The notes beneath the pieces were generated by a model, which ran no database searches, was not told the DNA's origin, and was given only the letters and a program-made list of their open reading frames with translations. The position numbers and the translations under genes are program-made. From Octopus bimaculoides (taxonomy: Eukaryota), in contig NC_068996.1 in assembly GCF_001194135.2 (NCBI RefSeq), positions 17,787,340 through 17,836,284 of the forward strand: a stretch of 48,945 nt of DNA, written 5' to 3'. The first letter of the stretch is position 1. Each line of letters starts with the position of its first letter. Shown in pieces: positions 20,705 to 32,232 of this stretch.

Positions 20705-21849
20705 ATGTGAACGTATGCATATGTGTGTGTCTGTGTGTGTCTGTGTCTGTGTGTGCACATGCATGTGAATATGTGTGTGTATGCACACCTGCACGTGAAA
20801 GCGTGTGTGTGTGTGTGTGTGTTGTTTTGTCAGTGGATGTGTATGTGTGTTGTTTTGTCAGTGGGTGTGTGCTTATAAGAGTGCATGTGTGTGAGTGTTG
20901 CCTGGTCTTAACCCCATACTAATTGTAAACAAATATTACCATTACACAAGCAATGTGAATCATTTACAATTTTCTGCTAAAAAGATAACCAATGCCATGT
21001 CTCAGTTCTTTAATCATTTTCTTATTTATGGCTTCTTACATAGTGTTAATATATTTTTACTGACACATTTGCTTCACCCAAACCAATTTATTGGCCCATT
21101 TGAATTGGCATCATTCACTTTTAACTGAATGCTGCCATCACATAAATATCAATATAACTTCATACCATGTGATTGATTGACCACTGATAAGTCTATAAAT
21201 CTGAGAATTTCTCATACTTACCAATTGAAGTTTCTCCCTTTCAGTGCACCAAAGTGATATTGTTTCTCATTCTTTTATAATACAACCAAAAAGCTCTGCA
21301 AGTATTTCATATCAGTTTATTAAATATTAAGCCAGAGGTTTGGTACCAGAAACATTCAAGACATTTATTAACTGAACTATTTCATTGATTTCTAATAATC
21401 TTATATCTGCAAAACTTCAATTCTGAGATTCTTTTGATGCCACCAACATTATATATATATTTCTCTGTATAACAACTCTCTGACTAGATTCTTTTACATG
21501 TCTTTGAAAAAAATCCTTTTCATTTTTTTTTTTTTTTCACCCTTCAAATTATGTCTGCAATTTCTCTTATTGTTTGTTTAATTGAATTTGTTTTGACTGG
21601 AAAGAAACTAATTATTTTGTTCCATAAATAGAGATTTGTCATTCCTCAAATCTTAGTTGGGTTCGATTCTGAGACTAAATATAATCTATATGTTGAAATC
21701 TCTTTGTTTTTTACATGACTGTTATAACATATTTGAAACAAGATGTGTTTATTGACATGTATTTTTCATTTTTTTTTTTTTTATTCTTGTTAAATTCTCT
21801 AAAATTCATAAAGGCAAAAAACTATGCCAAAGCAAACAGAGGAGCAGTC

Positions 21850-21930
21850 TTTAAACCCATCAGATCTTATCAAACCAGCTAACCCATGCCAGCATCAAAC
21901 ATGGATGCTAAATGATGACAACAATGACGA
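21850..21930 (+). mobile_element. Degraded RTE-type 3' tail
   Basis: AACCCATGCCAGCATCAAACATGGATGCTAAATGATGAC. Confidence 0.55.
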
Positions 21931-22273
21931 TATAACTATTGGAACTTTTATGTTTCTGAATTCTGTTCAGCCGAATATTCAATTTCTATTAAAAAAAATG
22001 TGGTAGTTTCATAAAGTATCTTACATAGTCTATTTATGTCACTTTTACATTTATTGTTGTTGTTGTTATTATTACTATTATTATCATTATCAGGAAGGCC
22101 AACTCATTGTATTCTTATATCATTTAAGCATTAATTCTTTCTGTCCTTTCAACAATGTGATAGAATTCCTTTCTTTTAAACTATGGTATTTTAAAAATGA
22201 TATTTTCATTAATATTTTGTTCGCTTTATCTCTACAATATCTTCTAATATATTTTATATTCTCTTTTTTGCTG

Positions 22274-22274
<1 letters not shown>

Positions 22275-22352
<78 letters not shown>

Positions 22353-22370
22353 CATTATTATTATTATCTA
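22275..22370. repeat. (TTA)n microsatellite at the 3' end of a Dong LINE
   Basis: Direct repeats. Confidence 0.95.
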
Positions 22371-22374
22371 TTAT

Positions 22375-25290
22375 GAAAAACTCTCGAATAGTTCTTAATT
22401 ACTGATTGTTCTTTACATGAAAGCAGGCAACAACAAATCACCAAAGGTTTCAAGTAGTGCCTTCTCCTGTGGCTCAAAGAGACAATACTTTCCTTGGAAT
22501 ATGAGCTGTACCCAACAATGCCATCTTCTGGATCACTTTGAGCCTCACAGCAGCTCCTAATGCTCCAATTACCACCAGTATCACCATTACTTTCCTCATG
22601 CCCCATAACTTTCCTATCTCATCCCGCAGAGGTTGGTATTTCTCAATCTTTTCTATTTCCTTACATTTCACCCTCGAATCATCTGGTATTGCAACATCTA
22701 ATATCTTTACTTCTTTTTCATCTTTATGGATGATCACGATATCTGGTCGTATCGCCTCTATGACTTGGTCGCATTGTATGTTAAAATCACGGAATATCTT
22801 GTAATGTTCGTTTTCCATTACTCCCTCTGGCTTGTGTTCATACCATTGTTTGGCTCTCTCGTGGTTTGCTTTACCACACAACAGCCAGTGGACATATCTG
22901 GCCACATTGTTGTGTTTCCTTTTGTATTCGCGTTGTGCGAACTTACGGCACTCACTAACCTTATATCTTATACCTTTCTCCCTTCTCAAAGCACATCCTA
23001 CACTGTGGCGAGTCAGTTCTTTTATCAATGTGATATTTAGAGTAGTCTGTTCTGAGAGCTTGTTCTTGAGCATGCACACTAATGCCTCAGTGGGCCCTTT
23101 TAAGTCCCCTTTCTGCAACCATTACCAGTTCTATTCCAATCAACCTCATCTTTATTCTTCAAGAACTGACTATACATTTTCTTCATCTGCTCTCTCTGGT
23201 CTTTCTTAAATTGTGTTGGATCTATGGCTTCATTCACTATAAAGGTTCCCTACATTTTCACTGATTCAATCATTTCTTCTTTACTCCCCTTGACATACCA
23301 AGCCACGCTATTCTCCTCTTCCTTTACACAACCTTCACAACACACTAATCCCCATCCTCCTTCCTTTCTCTTTACATACAGTCTTGACACATCACTCTTG
23401 AGGTGTAGTTCCTTGTTCATTGTCATTAATCTAAATGTTCTCCAGTCTACCTTTTGTAATTCATTCTTCTTCCAAGATACTATTTCTGCCCCATATCTCA
23501 TCAAAACAACCACCCACGTATTAATTGCTCTAATCTTATAGCAGCCATTTAGCTTTGATTGGAGCACAAGCCAAATCCTCCTCAAATACTCTTTCCTGTA
23601 CATTTCTTTCATCTTGTGTTCATTCATCTTATCTCTTTCAACGACACCCAGGTACTTATATCCTTCCTCTCAGATTTCTTTTATAGTTTCGCCACTTTCC
23701 AGTTTGATCCCATGGCTTTTACTGATTTTTCCCCTTTTTGAGAATCCTTGCACTACATTTCTCAATTCTAAATTCCATGCCAATATCTTTGCTAATCATC
23801 TGCACAGTTGCCGCCAAACTCTCAGTTTCTTTCTCAGTCTTAACGAATAGCTTTAGATTATCCATAAACCACAGGCTGTTTACTTTCAACCTGCCTAGTA
23901 TGAACCCCACATGCATCTTTCTTAAAACGTTCATTAGTGGCAGTATGCAGACAACAAATAGGAGAGGCAACAGACTGTCCCCTTGAAAGATTCCTCTTTT
24001 TATATTTACCTTTCCCAGTTTATCTCCCCATGTTGCGAGTTCAGTTCGCCACGTTGTCGTTGAGTTTTGTATTAACTTCAGGATATTGTGGGAGACCTTA
24101 AGCAGTTTAAGGCATTCAATAATCCACAAGTGTGGGACCACATCATATATTTTTCTGTAGTCCACCCATGCCCTTGCCAAATTTTTGTATCTCTTCTTGC
24201 AATCAGCCTGGATAGTTTTATTGATTAGTAATTGATCCTTCATTCCTCTGTTCTCACGTCTACTTTTGTTCCATTGGTAGTAGGTCGTTCTCATCTAGGT
24301 ATTTATAGATGCTGTTTGATATTATGCCCGGCATTAGTTTCCACATCAGTGGCAAACAAGATATTGGTCGTAAGTTTCCAACCACATTCCCTTTACTTGG
24401 GTCCTTCTGACATAGTACCATTCTTCCTTTTGTAATCCAGGCTGATACTTGGATGTCACTACTCAGTATTTCATCGATCTGTCTCACAATACTCCTGTGC
24501 AGAGCTGTCAAGTTTTTAAGTCAAAAGCCCTGAACCTCATCTGGGCCAGACGCTTTCCAGTTTGGAATTTTCCTGCACTGATCTCTAATCATCTCCTCAG
24601 TTATTCTCAAATCCTCCTGCTGATACTCTCCACTCTCCTCTTTGAGTATCTTTAACCACTATGCTTCAGTTTCCTGTTGTTTCTCTCAAGACAATATGTT
24701 TGACCAGAATCTTTTGCTTTCTTCAGCATCCAGCACTGCTTTTCCTCCTTTTTCTTTCCCATCCAATTCCTGGTAGACTCGTTTCTGATTTTGTTCAAAA
24801 AGTCTGTTTAATCTGTACTGCTCAATTCTCTGTTCATATCCCATTAGTTTATGTGCTTTAGCTTTCAAACTCTGTTTTAATTCCTCAATCACAACATCGA
24901 CTCCCTTTCTCTTCCTCCTACACTTCCTCTCTAGCTCAACATATTTCTGTCTCTGAACTTCATTTCTCTTTTTCCATTCTAGAACATTGATATGTTTTCT
25001 GGTCTCGCTAATAGACTGCATTATTCTCCTTTTCCACCATGGTTCCTTCAGGTTATGTTGACATTTACCTTTGGCACTCCATTACAATCACATTCATTTC
25101 TTTCATCCACCTTCTTTTAACAGTTGCTTAATGATGACTGGGCCCACACTGCTCATTCGTGGGGCACTCGCTGGGTGAAAGACCTTCACAAGGTGTTCCA
25201 GCTTCATTCACGTCATTTTCATTTCTCTTTTTATTTGACATTTCGGCACTCAAGATGAAGGTTAGTGAATTTTAGATTGCACAGCCACCA
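22375..25290 (-). mobile_element. R4/Dong-clade LINE, second subfamily, 5'-intact with an internal deletion; pseudogene
   Basis: ATG at 25241 (MSNKKRNEND...KRRWMKEMNVIVMEC); EPWWKRRI; GNLRPISCLPLMWKL; KDQLLINK; RGIFQGDSLLPLLF; FMDNLKLF; RPDIVI; ILDVAIP; EKIEKY; MALLGTAHIPRKVLSL*. Confidence 0.9.
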
Positions 25291-25742
25291 ATATTCATTT
25301 TTTTTTTTTTCCGTGACACCATCACTGACAAGATCTCCACCCTAGGATATAGGATTCCTGTAATCCTGGTTTAATTTTTGGAGTTTGTCTCCTAGAAGGA
25401 GTGTTCAAGCATTATGATTGCTTCTGCCTCTTAGGTATATGCTATTTTGGTGGCCATTGCCTCGTAAGAGTCCATTAGCCTTTATACAGGCTCAAAAAAA
25501 AAAATTTGTTTTACTCCCATTTTGAATACGGGACAGAGGTGGTGGGGTAGGAGGGTGGTCGCATCGGCCTCATGGCAAAGTGGCCTTTTCATTACAGTAG
25601 TTCCAGTTCAATATAAATCCAGCCATATAGAAATAGTTTGAGAGGATAAACACAAAAAAGAGCAAGAGGAAATTTTTGACTAATTTTCTTTAGTTGTGTA
25701 TTGTTCAGCCTCATGTCAAAGTAGTCTTTTCATTATTATTAT

Positions 25743-25745
<3 letters not shown>

Positions 25746-25810
<65 letters not shown>

Positions 25811-25820
25811 NNNNNNNNNN

Positions 25821-25868
<48 letters not shown>
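25746..25868. repeat. Poly(T), gap, then (TTA)n
   Basis: Homopolymer and trinucleotide repeats. Confidence 0.9.
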
Positions 25869-25870
<2 letters not shown>

Positions 25871-26600
25871 CTTCGTAACACAGAGTAGGTAAAAATGTAC
25901 CGGAATCTTTAGTCATCTGTCAAGTTACAACAAGGGCCTCAGACAGATAATACTTTCCTTAAGATGTCGCTGTGCCCAATAAGGCTGCTTTTTGCAAGAT
26001 ATCAATCTTGCATGGGATTTCCAGTTGCCTTAANNNNNNNNNNAGATATCAATCTTGCATGGGATTTCCAGTTGCCTTAAGAAGTTTTGAAGTTTCAATG
26101 GGATTGAGCCCAATGCTCCGATCACCACTGGTATCACTTTGTGTTACCCTCTCGCATTCTATAGTTTTGCCATTTCCACATTCAATTCGGAGTACTTGTT
26201 GATTTTTTTCAACCTCTCTACTCACAACATGTCATTTGGTATGGCTACATCAATGATTTAACATTATTTGTCCCCCTTACTCAATATGACAATATCTGGC
26301 CGACGGTGTTCGATTACACGATCCGTCTGAAAATCATAGTCCCAAAGTATCGTTACTTTTCCATCCTCCTGCATAACTTTACTTGGTACATGCTCATACC
26401 AGTTCTCTGTTACTTCATATTGGTATTTACGGCATAAGAGCCAATGAAAATACACATACACACACTTTATCTTGGCGGTGCTTGTATTCTTTTTGTGCAA
26501 GGCTCTCACATCCACTTACCATGTGGGTCACATTTCCTACACTCTTTCCACAGAGTCTGCATTTCTTGGTGTCAGATGTTTTATAGATGTTATACTTCAC
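25866..26600 (-). mobile_element. 5'-truncated R4/Dong copy, same subfamily as 11468-15000
   Basis: Colinear with 11468-12125; encodes WYEHVPSKVMQEDGKVTILWDYDFQTDRVIEHRRPDIVIL. Confidence 0.9.
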
Positions 26601-26624
26601 TGAATTGGTAGTGTATTATTCTTT

Positions 26625-26791
26625 TTGTCGTTGCCTTTGTTGCTGTTGTTGGTGGTGGTGGTGGTGCTACTGCTTCTGCTACTGCTGCTTCTGCTGCTGC
26701 TGCTGTTGTTGTTGTTGTTGTTATCGTTATTGTTTATCATTATCATCATCATCATCATGATGTTTGTGGTGTTTCTCATAACTTAGTTGTT

Positions 26792-26850
<59 letters not shown>
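26625..26850. repeat. Compound TTG/CTG/ATC and (TA)n microsatellites
   Basis: Direct repeats. Confidence 0.9.
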
Positions 26851-26851
<1 letters not shown>

Positions 26852-26853
<2 letters not shown>

Positions 26854-28130
26854 CTGAGTCACTATCAGAACTGGAGTAGAAGTTTCAGGTGTGGAAGCAA
26901 GGTCTAGAATCAAAGGGCCTTAGAGTCAATCTAGCAAAAACCAAAGTCTTAATAAGTAGGGAAGGCAAACAAATCACAAATCCCTTCAGGTAGAAAAGGC
27001 GTAGGTAGAAACTCCATAAGATGTACCCGGTGTAAGCTATGGACACATAAAAAGTGCAGCAATATCAAAGGAAGGCTAACTGGGAAGATAGTTTTTGTGT
27101 GTGGCAAATGCTCAGGAACAATAAACACTGAAAATGTGCAGAGAACAGCTTCTGTCACATTCCAGGGAGAAAAACTAGAAGTAGTTGATAGCTTTTGTTA
27201 CCTAGGAGACCAAGTCAATAGTGGTGGGTGGATCCTCTGAGAGTGTAGCTGCTAGAATAAGAATAGCCTGGACAAAGTTCATAGTGCTCTTACCTCTGCT
27301 GTTGACAAAGGGCCTCTCGCTCAGACTGTATGATGCATTTGTGCAAACAGCCATGCTACATGGCAGTGAAACATGGGCTGTGACTACTGAGGACATGCAT
27401 AAGCTTCCAAGGAGTGAAGCCAGTAAACTCTGCTGGATGTCTAATGTCAGTGTGCATACATGACAGAGTGTAAGCACCCTGAGAAAAAAGTTGGACATAA
27501 GAAGTATAAGATGCGGTGTGCAAGAGAGACAGCTGTGCTGGTATGGTCATGTGTTGCATATGAATGAGAACAGCTGCGTGAAAAAGTGTCACACCCTAGC
27601 AGTAGAGGAACCTGTGGAAGAGCTAGACCCAGGAAGACCTGGGATGAGGTGGTGAAGCATGACCTTCGAACATTGGGCCTCACCAAGACAATGACAAGTG
27701 ACCAAGACCTTTGGAGATATGCTGTGCTTGAGAAGACCCGGCAAGCCAAATGAGACCATGGCCTATGCCAGTGCAGCATAACCAGCCCATTTAAGAGTAC
27801 CCTTCAATCATTGGGCAATAAACTGCACTTAGAAAGACTTGTTCAGGCAAGTGAAATGATTGTTGTGGCCGACAACAGTACCGCCTAATTGGCACCCATG
27901 CCAGTGGCATGTTAATAGCACCATTCGAGCATGATCATTGCCAATGTTGCCTGACTGGCTCCTGTGTCAGTGGCACGTAAAAAATACCATTCGAGCATGG
28001 TCGTTGCCAGTGCCGTGGCCAATGCCAGTGCCGTGGCCAATGCCAGTGCCGTGGCCAATGCCAGTGCCACCTTGTCTGGCTTCCATGCTGGTGGCACGTA
28101 AAAAGCACCATCCGATTGTGGTCGATGCCA
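26852..28130 (+). mobile_element. RTE-clade LINE, 5'-truncated: late RT motifs, PHD-like insert, C-terminus and 3' UTR
   Basis: GLRVNLAKTKV; RNSIRCTRCKLWTHKKC...FVCGKC; GEKLEVVDSFCYLG; ARIRIAW; MLHGSETW; RQLCWYGHV; ends EKTRQAK* near 27753. Confidence 0.9.
28006..28068. repeat. 18-bp tandem repeat (GCCAGTGCCGTGGCCAAT) x3.5 in the RTE 3' UTR
   Basis: Exact direct repeats. Confidence 0.95.
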
Positions 28131-28141
28131 CCTCCTCTGGT

Positions 28142-28290
28142 GATGCAGTACAGAATTTTGTCAGTGAACAGGTCTCGGTCTCAGAGCGACGAAAATATTT
28201 TGACAAATTAAATTTAAATGTTGAAGTGAATCTAACGGTCTTTGTGTGTTATTTTAAATGGCTTATAAACACCTTCCACGCTGCAATTAT
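28142..28290 (+). repeat. Interspersed repeat carrying a hammerhead-like motif (copy 2)
   Basis: Aligns with 8430-8575 and is followed by (TA)n. Confidence 0.85.
28154..28209 (+). ncRNA. Candidate minimal type I hammerhead ribozyme with G3-C8 core variant
   Basis: Stem I TTTGTCA/TGACAAA; core GTGAACA plus one extra G; stem II GTC.C/G.GAC; GAA; palindromic stem III AATATT; U17 at 28200. Confidence 0.6.
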
Positions 28291-28696
28291 ATATATATAT
28301 ATGTATATATATATATACACACGCACACATATATGTATGTATGTTTTATTTTATTGTTAGTTTTTATGATGTTTTAATATAACTGTTGCTATACCTGATA
28401 TGTTTCATTTCCAAATTACATTGTCTGATGGATTAAGTTAGGAAACTGACAGACTTTTACCACAACTGATTAAGAAGATATTCTACAGCTTTTGTGTCTA
28501 CACTTCATTTTTTTTTTTTTTCCTTAAATCACTTGCTTTCTTCTCACAACTGTACATTTATTTTATTCTTTTTCTTTTCTACATATTTTTTTCTATCATA
28601 TCTTATGCATTGTTGCTTTCATGTTTTATGATATAATAACAGTATTTATAAAACGGAGACCAGTTCCTGTTATTATTATTATTTTCATTAACATCT

Positions 28697-28697
<1 letters not shown>

Positions 28698-28769
<72 letters not shown>
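28698..28769. repeat. (AGT)n microsatellite
   Basis: Direct repeats. Confidence 0.95.
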
Positions 28770-28770
<1 letters not shown>

Positions 28771-29239
28771 CTTATCATTATTTTAAACTATCTCTTGTTT
28801 TTTTTTTCTCAAAACACTAAGTCCAAAACATAGTCCTGAAATTATTTAAAGTAGATGTTGTTACTCTGTCCCCCACCCCCACCCCCATTGTATATGTGTT
28901 GTTCTGAGGAGGTGGTCGCGATTTCTTATTTATGTAGTTTTTGTGGAGTGATTTTTTTTCCTGAGATTTTGTTGGTTAATTTTTTTTCCCAGTCCCTTTC
29001 TCATTAGCCCATGTCATCCAATGACCACTGGCATGGTTTAGGTGGTCATGCACTACATTGTGGAGATCTCAGTCTCAAAGTTATTATATTTCACTGGTTT
29101 ATCTGTGAACTTAACGGCCATGTTACAGTTTGTTGGTTTTTATCATATTAATCAATGTAGAGGTTTTTTTTATCTTTACTGCTTTAATTATCATGTCTGG
29201 CTTATTTTCTTTGATCTCTCTCTCTCTCTNNNNNNNNNN

Positions 29240-29700
29240 TGTCCTATAGAATGGCAACATCATCATTCTTAGTGACTGTTTCTGGTTTGTGGCCATACCA
29301 GTTTTCAGAGACTTTAATGCTGTATTTCCTTCAAATTTTACTAATGTGGGTATACTGATGTTTTGTGACAGTGGATATGTTGTTTTGTCTTGTTTCTTTA
29401 TTTTCTTTTCTTTTCCTTCAATAATTTCTTTTCTTTTCCTTCAATAATTTCTTTTCTTTTCCTTCAAAGCTGAATATAATATGGTCGGTGCTTTCTTCAA
29501 AGGTTTCACATATACTATACATTTCGTCCATGCTATTTTTGATGATGCAACAATGGTATGACATTCTTCTATGATTTTCATCTAGGACAGTGATGGAAAA
29601 TCCCTCTATTTTTAACTGTGAACCATTTATGCTAGATTGTCACTCAACTTCTATCTTTTTTAAATAATTCTTCTTTGCCAGTTATTTCTCATTTGTCAGC
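29240..29700 (-). mobile_element. Ancient R4/Dong-like C-terminal fragment with an internal 23-bp tandem triplication
   Basis: Minus-strand remnants SICETFEESTDHII and SENWYGHKPETVTKNDDVAIL*D; unit TTTCTTTTCTTTTCCTTCAATAA at 29402-29467. Confidence 0.6.
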
Positions 29701-29904
29701 AGTCATGTCTTTTGGGCTGTCATTTAAATCTGCAAGCTAAAGATACTGTTGCCTCATTTTTATTTGGATTTTAAGTCAGGAACATACAGTTCTTGTGAGA
29801 ATTTCAATAATTCTTTCATGATTGAATATATCTTCTCCCAGCTATTATGATCGTGACACTCACCAACAACTATCACTTGATGTTGAAGCATGGAGATATA
29901 TATA

Positions 29905-30272
29905 TACTCTTTTACTCTTTTACTTGTTTCAGTCATTTGACTGCAGCCATGCTGGAGCACCCCAGGACTTCGGTCTCTTTTTGCCGAACCACTAAGTTAC
30001 GGGGACGTAAACACACCAGCATCGGTTGTCAAGCGATGTTGGGGGGACAAACACAGACACACAAACATATACACACACATACATATATCTATATATATAC
30101 ATATATATACGACAGGCTTTTTTCAGTTTCCGTCTACCAAATCCACTCACAAGGCTTTGGTCAGCCCGAGGCTATAGTAGAAGACACTTGCCCAAGGTGC
30201 CACGCAGTGGAACTGAACCTGGAACCATGTGGTTGGTAAGAAAGCTACTTACCACACAGCCACTCCTGCGCC
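29905..30272 (-). mobile_element. SINE family C, young, internally deleted in the tail
   Basis: High similarity to the reverse complement of 35737-36244; head ends CACAGCCACTCCTGCGCC. Confidence 0.9.
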
Positions 30273-30924
30273 CTATATATATTTATATATTTATATAAAG
30301 TCAACAGGTGAGATCCAGAGATGCTCGATATAGAACACATGTTGTAGTGCTCAAATGATTTGAACTTATACTCCAAAGTCTTTATCAAGGACTAAATCCA
30401 CAAGGTAAAGAATGGTTATAAGAGGAATCCAAGAAAGCAAATTTCGAGATAGTGATGCATATAAACATATTTGAGTTTTATATAGAAATATGCATACATT
30501 CATATATACATCAAAATACATATAGAGATATATAGAGAGAGAAACAAAATCTGAAAATATTCAGAAAATAAGCATTCATGTATAAGCATATAGATATTTA
30601 TGTATTTACAAAATATGGAGTATAAAAATATACAGAAAAATAAGGGGAGAAGGCATGGTATTTTGAAGTCCAACAGCTATTATTTTGTACTCCATGTAAA
30701 TCTGTCCTGTGAACATATAAATATCTTTATGCTTATACATTAGTGTTCATCTTCTAAATATTTTCAGTTTTTGTTTTTCTTTATATATATTTATATATCC
30801 CTGTATATATCCCTGTATATATTTACATGTATATGTGCATGTATGCATATTTTACATATCATGACCAAACATATTTATCTGCATCACTATTTAGATATAT
30901 GAATGTATGCATGTATGTATGATC

Positions 30925-31310
30925 ATCATCATAATGTCCATTTTCCATGCTGGCATGGGTTAGATGGTAAGCCAGAGAGCTGCACCAGGTTTCAGTCTGA
31001 TTTGGCATTGCTTCTATGGCTGGATGCCTTTCCTAATACCAACCACTCCAAGAGTGTAATAGGTGCTTTTTATGTGCCACCAATATGGGTGCCATTGACA
31101 TGATACTGACAACAGCCATGACTATGATTTCACTTGGCTTGACAAGTCTTCTCAAGCACAATATATTGCCAAGGGTCTTGGTTACTTGTCATCATCTCCA
31201 TGAGGCCCAGCATTGAAGATCATGCTACCAGCAACAGCCATAACTATGATTTCACTTGGCTTGATGAGTCTTCTCAAGCACAGCATATCACCAAAGGTCT
31301 GTCGCTTATC
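30925..31310 (-). mobile_element. RTE 3' end with a duplicated ORF-end module
   Basis: CCATGCTGGCATGGG...GGATGCCTTTCCTAAT; units at 31109-31190 and 31231-31309. Confidence 0.75.
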
Positions 31311-31327
31311 ATATATATATACAGCAT

Positions 31328-31707
31328 ATACAGGGTGTCTCAAAAAAGATGTACTCACTCTTTGACAGACAATTACTAATGTATTGTTTTTTGTGATGTA
31401 CAAGCTTACCTTGAAACAAATGGATTGGGAGGCGAGGTAGCATTGAATTTCCTGCACGTTCCCCAGACCTCATGCCAATGGATTTTTTTTTTTTTATGGG
31501 GACATCTCAAAGATAAGGTTTATGCTGCAAAACCAGTGACAATTGATGATTTGAAAAATTAAATTCGAATACAATGTCTTGCAATTCCAAATGAAATATT
31601 TGACAATGTTGTCAAATCCATTGTTGGACATTATCAGCTTTGTTTGGAAAATGAAGGAAGGCAGTTTGAACATTTACGAACACTTAGGAATGAGAGAGAA
31701 CATTAAA
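31328..31707 (+). mobile_element. Tc1/mariner-superfamily deletion derivative (TIR joined to transposase C-terminus)
   Basis: TA-CAGGGTGTCTCAAAAAAG terminus; encodes KWIGRRGSIEFPARSPDLMPMDFF.WGHLKDKVY..KPVTIDDLK...GRQFEHL; runs into a gap. Confidence 0.82.
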
Positions 31708-32192
31708 NNNNNNNNNNNNNNNNNNNNNNNNNNNNNNNNNNNNNNNNNNNNNNNNNNNNNNNNNNNNNNNNNNNNNNNNNNNNNNNNNNNNNNNNNNNNN
31801 NNNNNNNNNNNNNNNNNNNNNNNNNNNNNNNNNNNNNNNNNNNNNNNNNNNNNNNNNNNNNNNNNNNNNNNNNNNNNNNNNNNNNNNNNNNNNNNNNNNN
31901 NNNNNNNNNNNNNNNNNNNNNNNNNNNNNNNNNNNNNNNNNNNNNNNNNNNNNNNNNNNNNNNNNNNNNNNNNNNNNNNNNNNNNNNNNNNNNNNNNNNN
32001 NNNNNNNNNNNNNNNNNNNNNNNNNNNNNNNNNNNNNNNNNNNNNNNNNNNNNNNNNNNNNNNNNNNNNNNNNNNNNNNNNNNNNNNNNNNNNNNNNNNN
32101 NNNNNNNNNNNNNNNNNNNNNNNNNNNNNNNNNNNNNNNNNNNNNNNNNNNNNNNNNNNNNNNNNNNNNNNNNNNNNNNNNNNNNNNNNNNN

Positions 32193-32232
<40 letters not shown>

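Noticed and set aside
25283-25455. Possible HDV-like ribozyme at the Dong 5' end (GGCCACC and GGTGGCT complementary on the minus strand)
   Set aside because: No P3/L3, P1.1 or properly placed catalytic C could be built around the putative P1.
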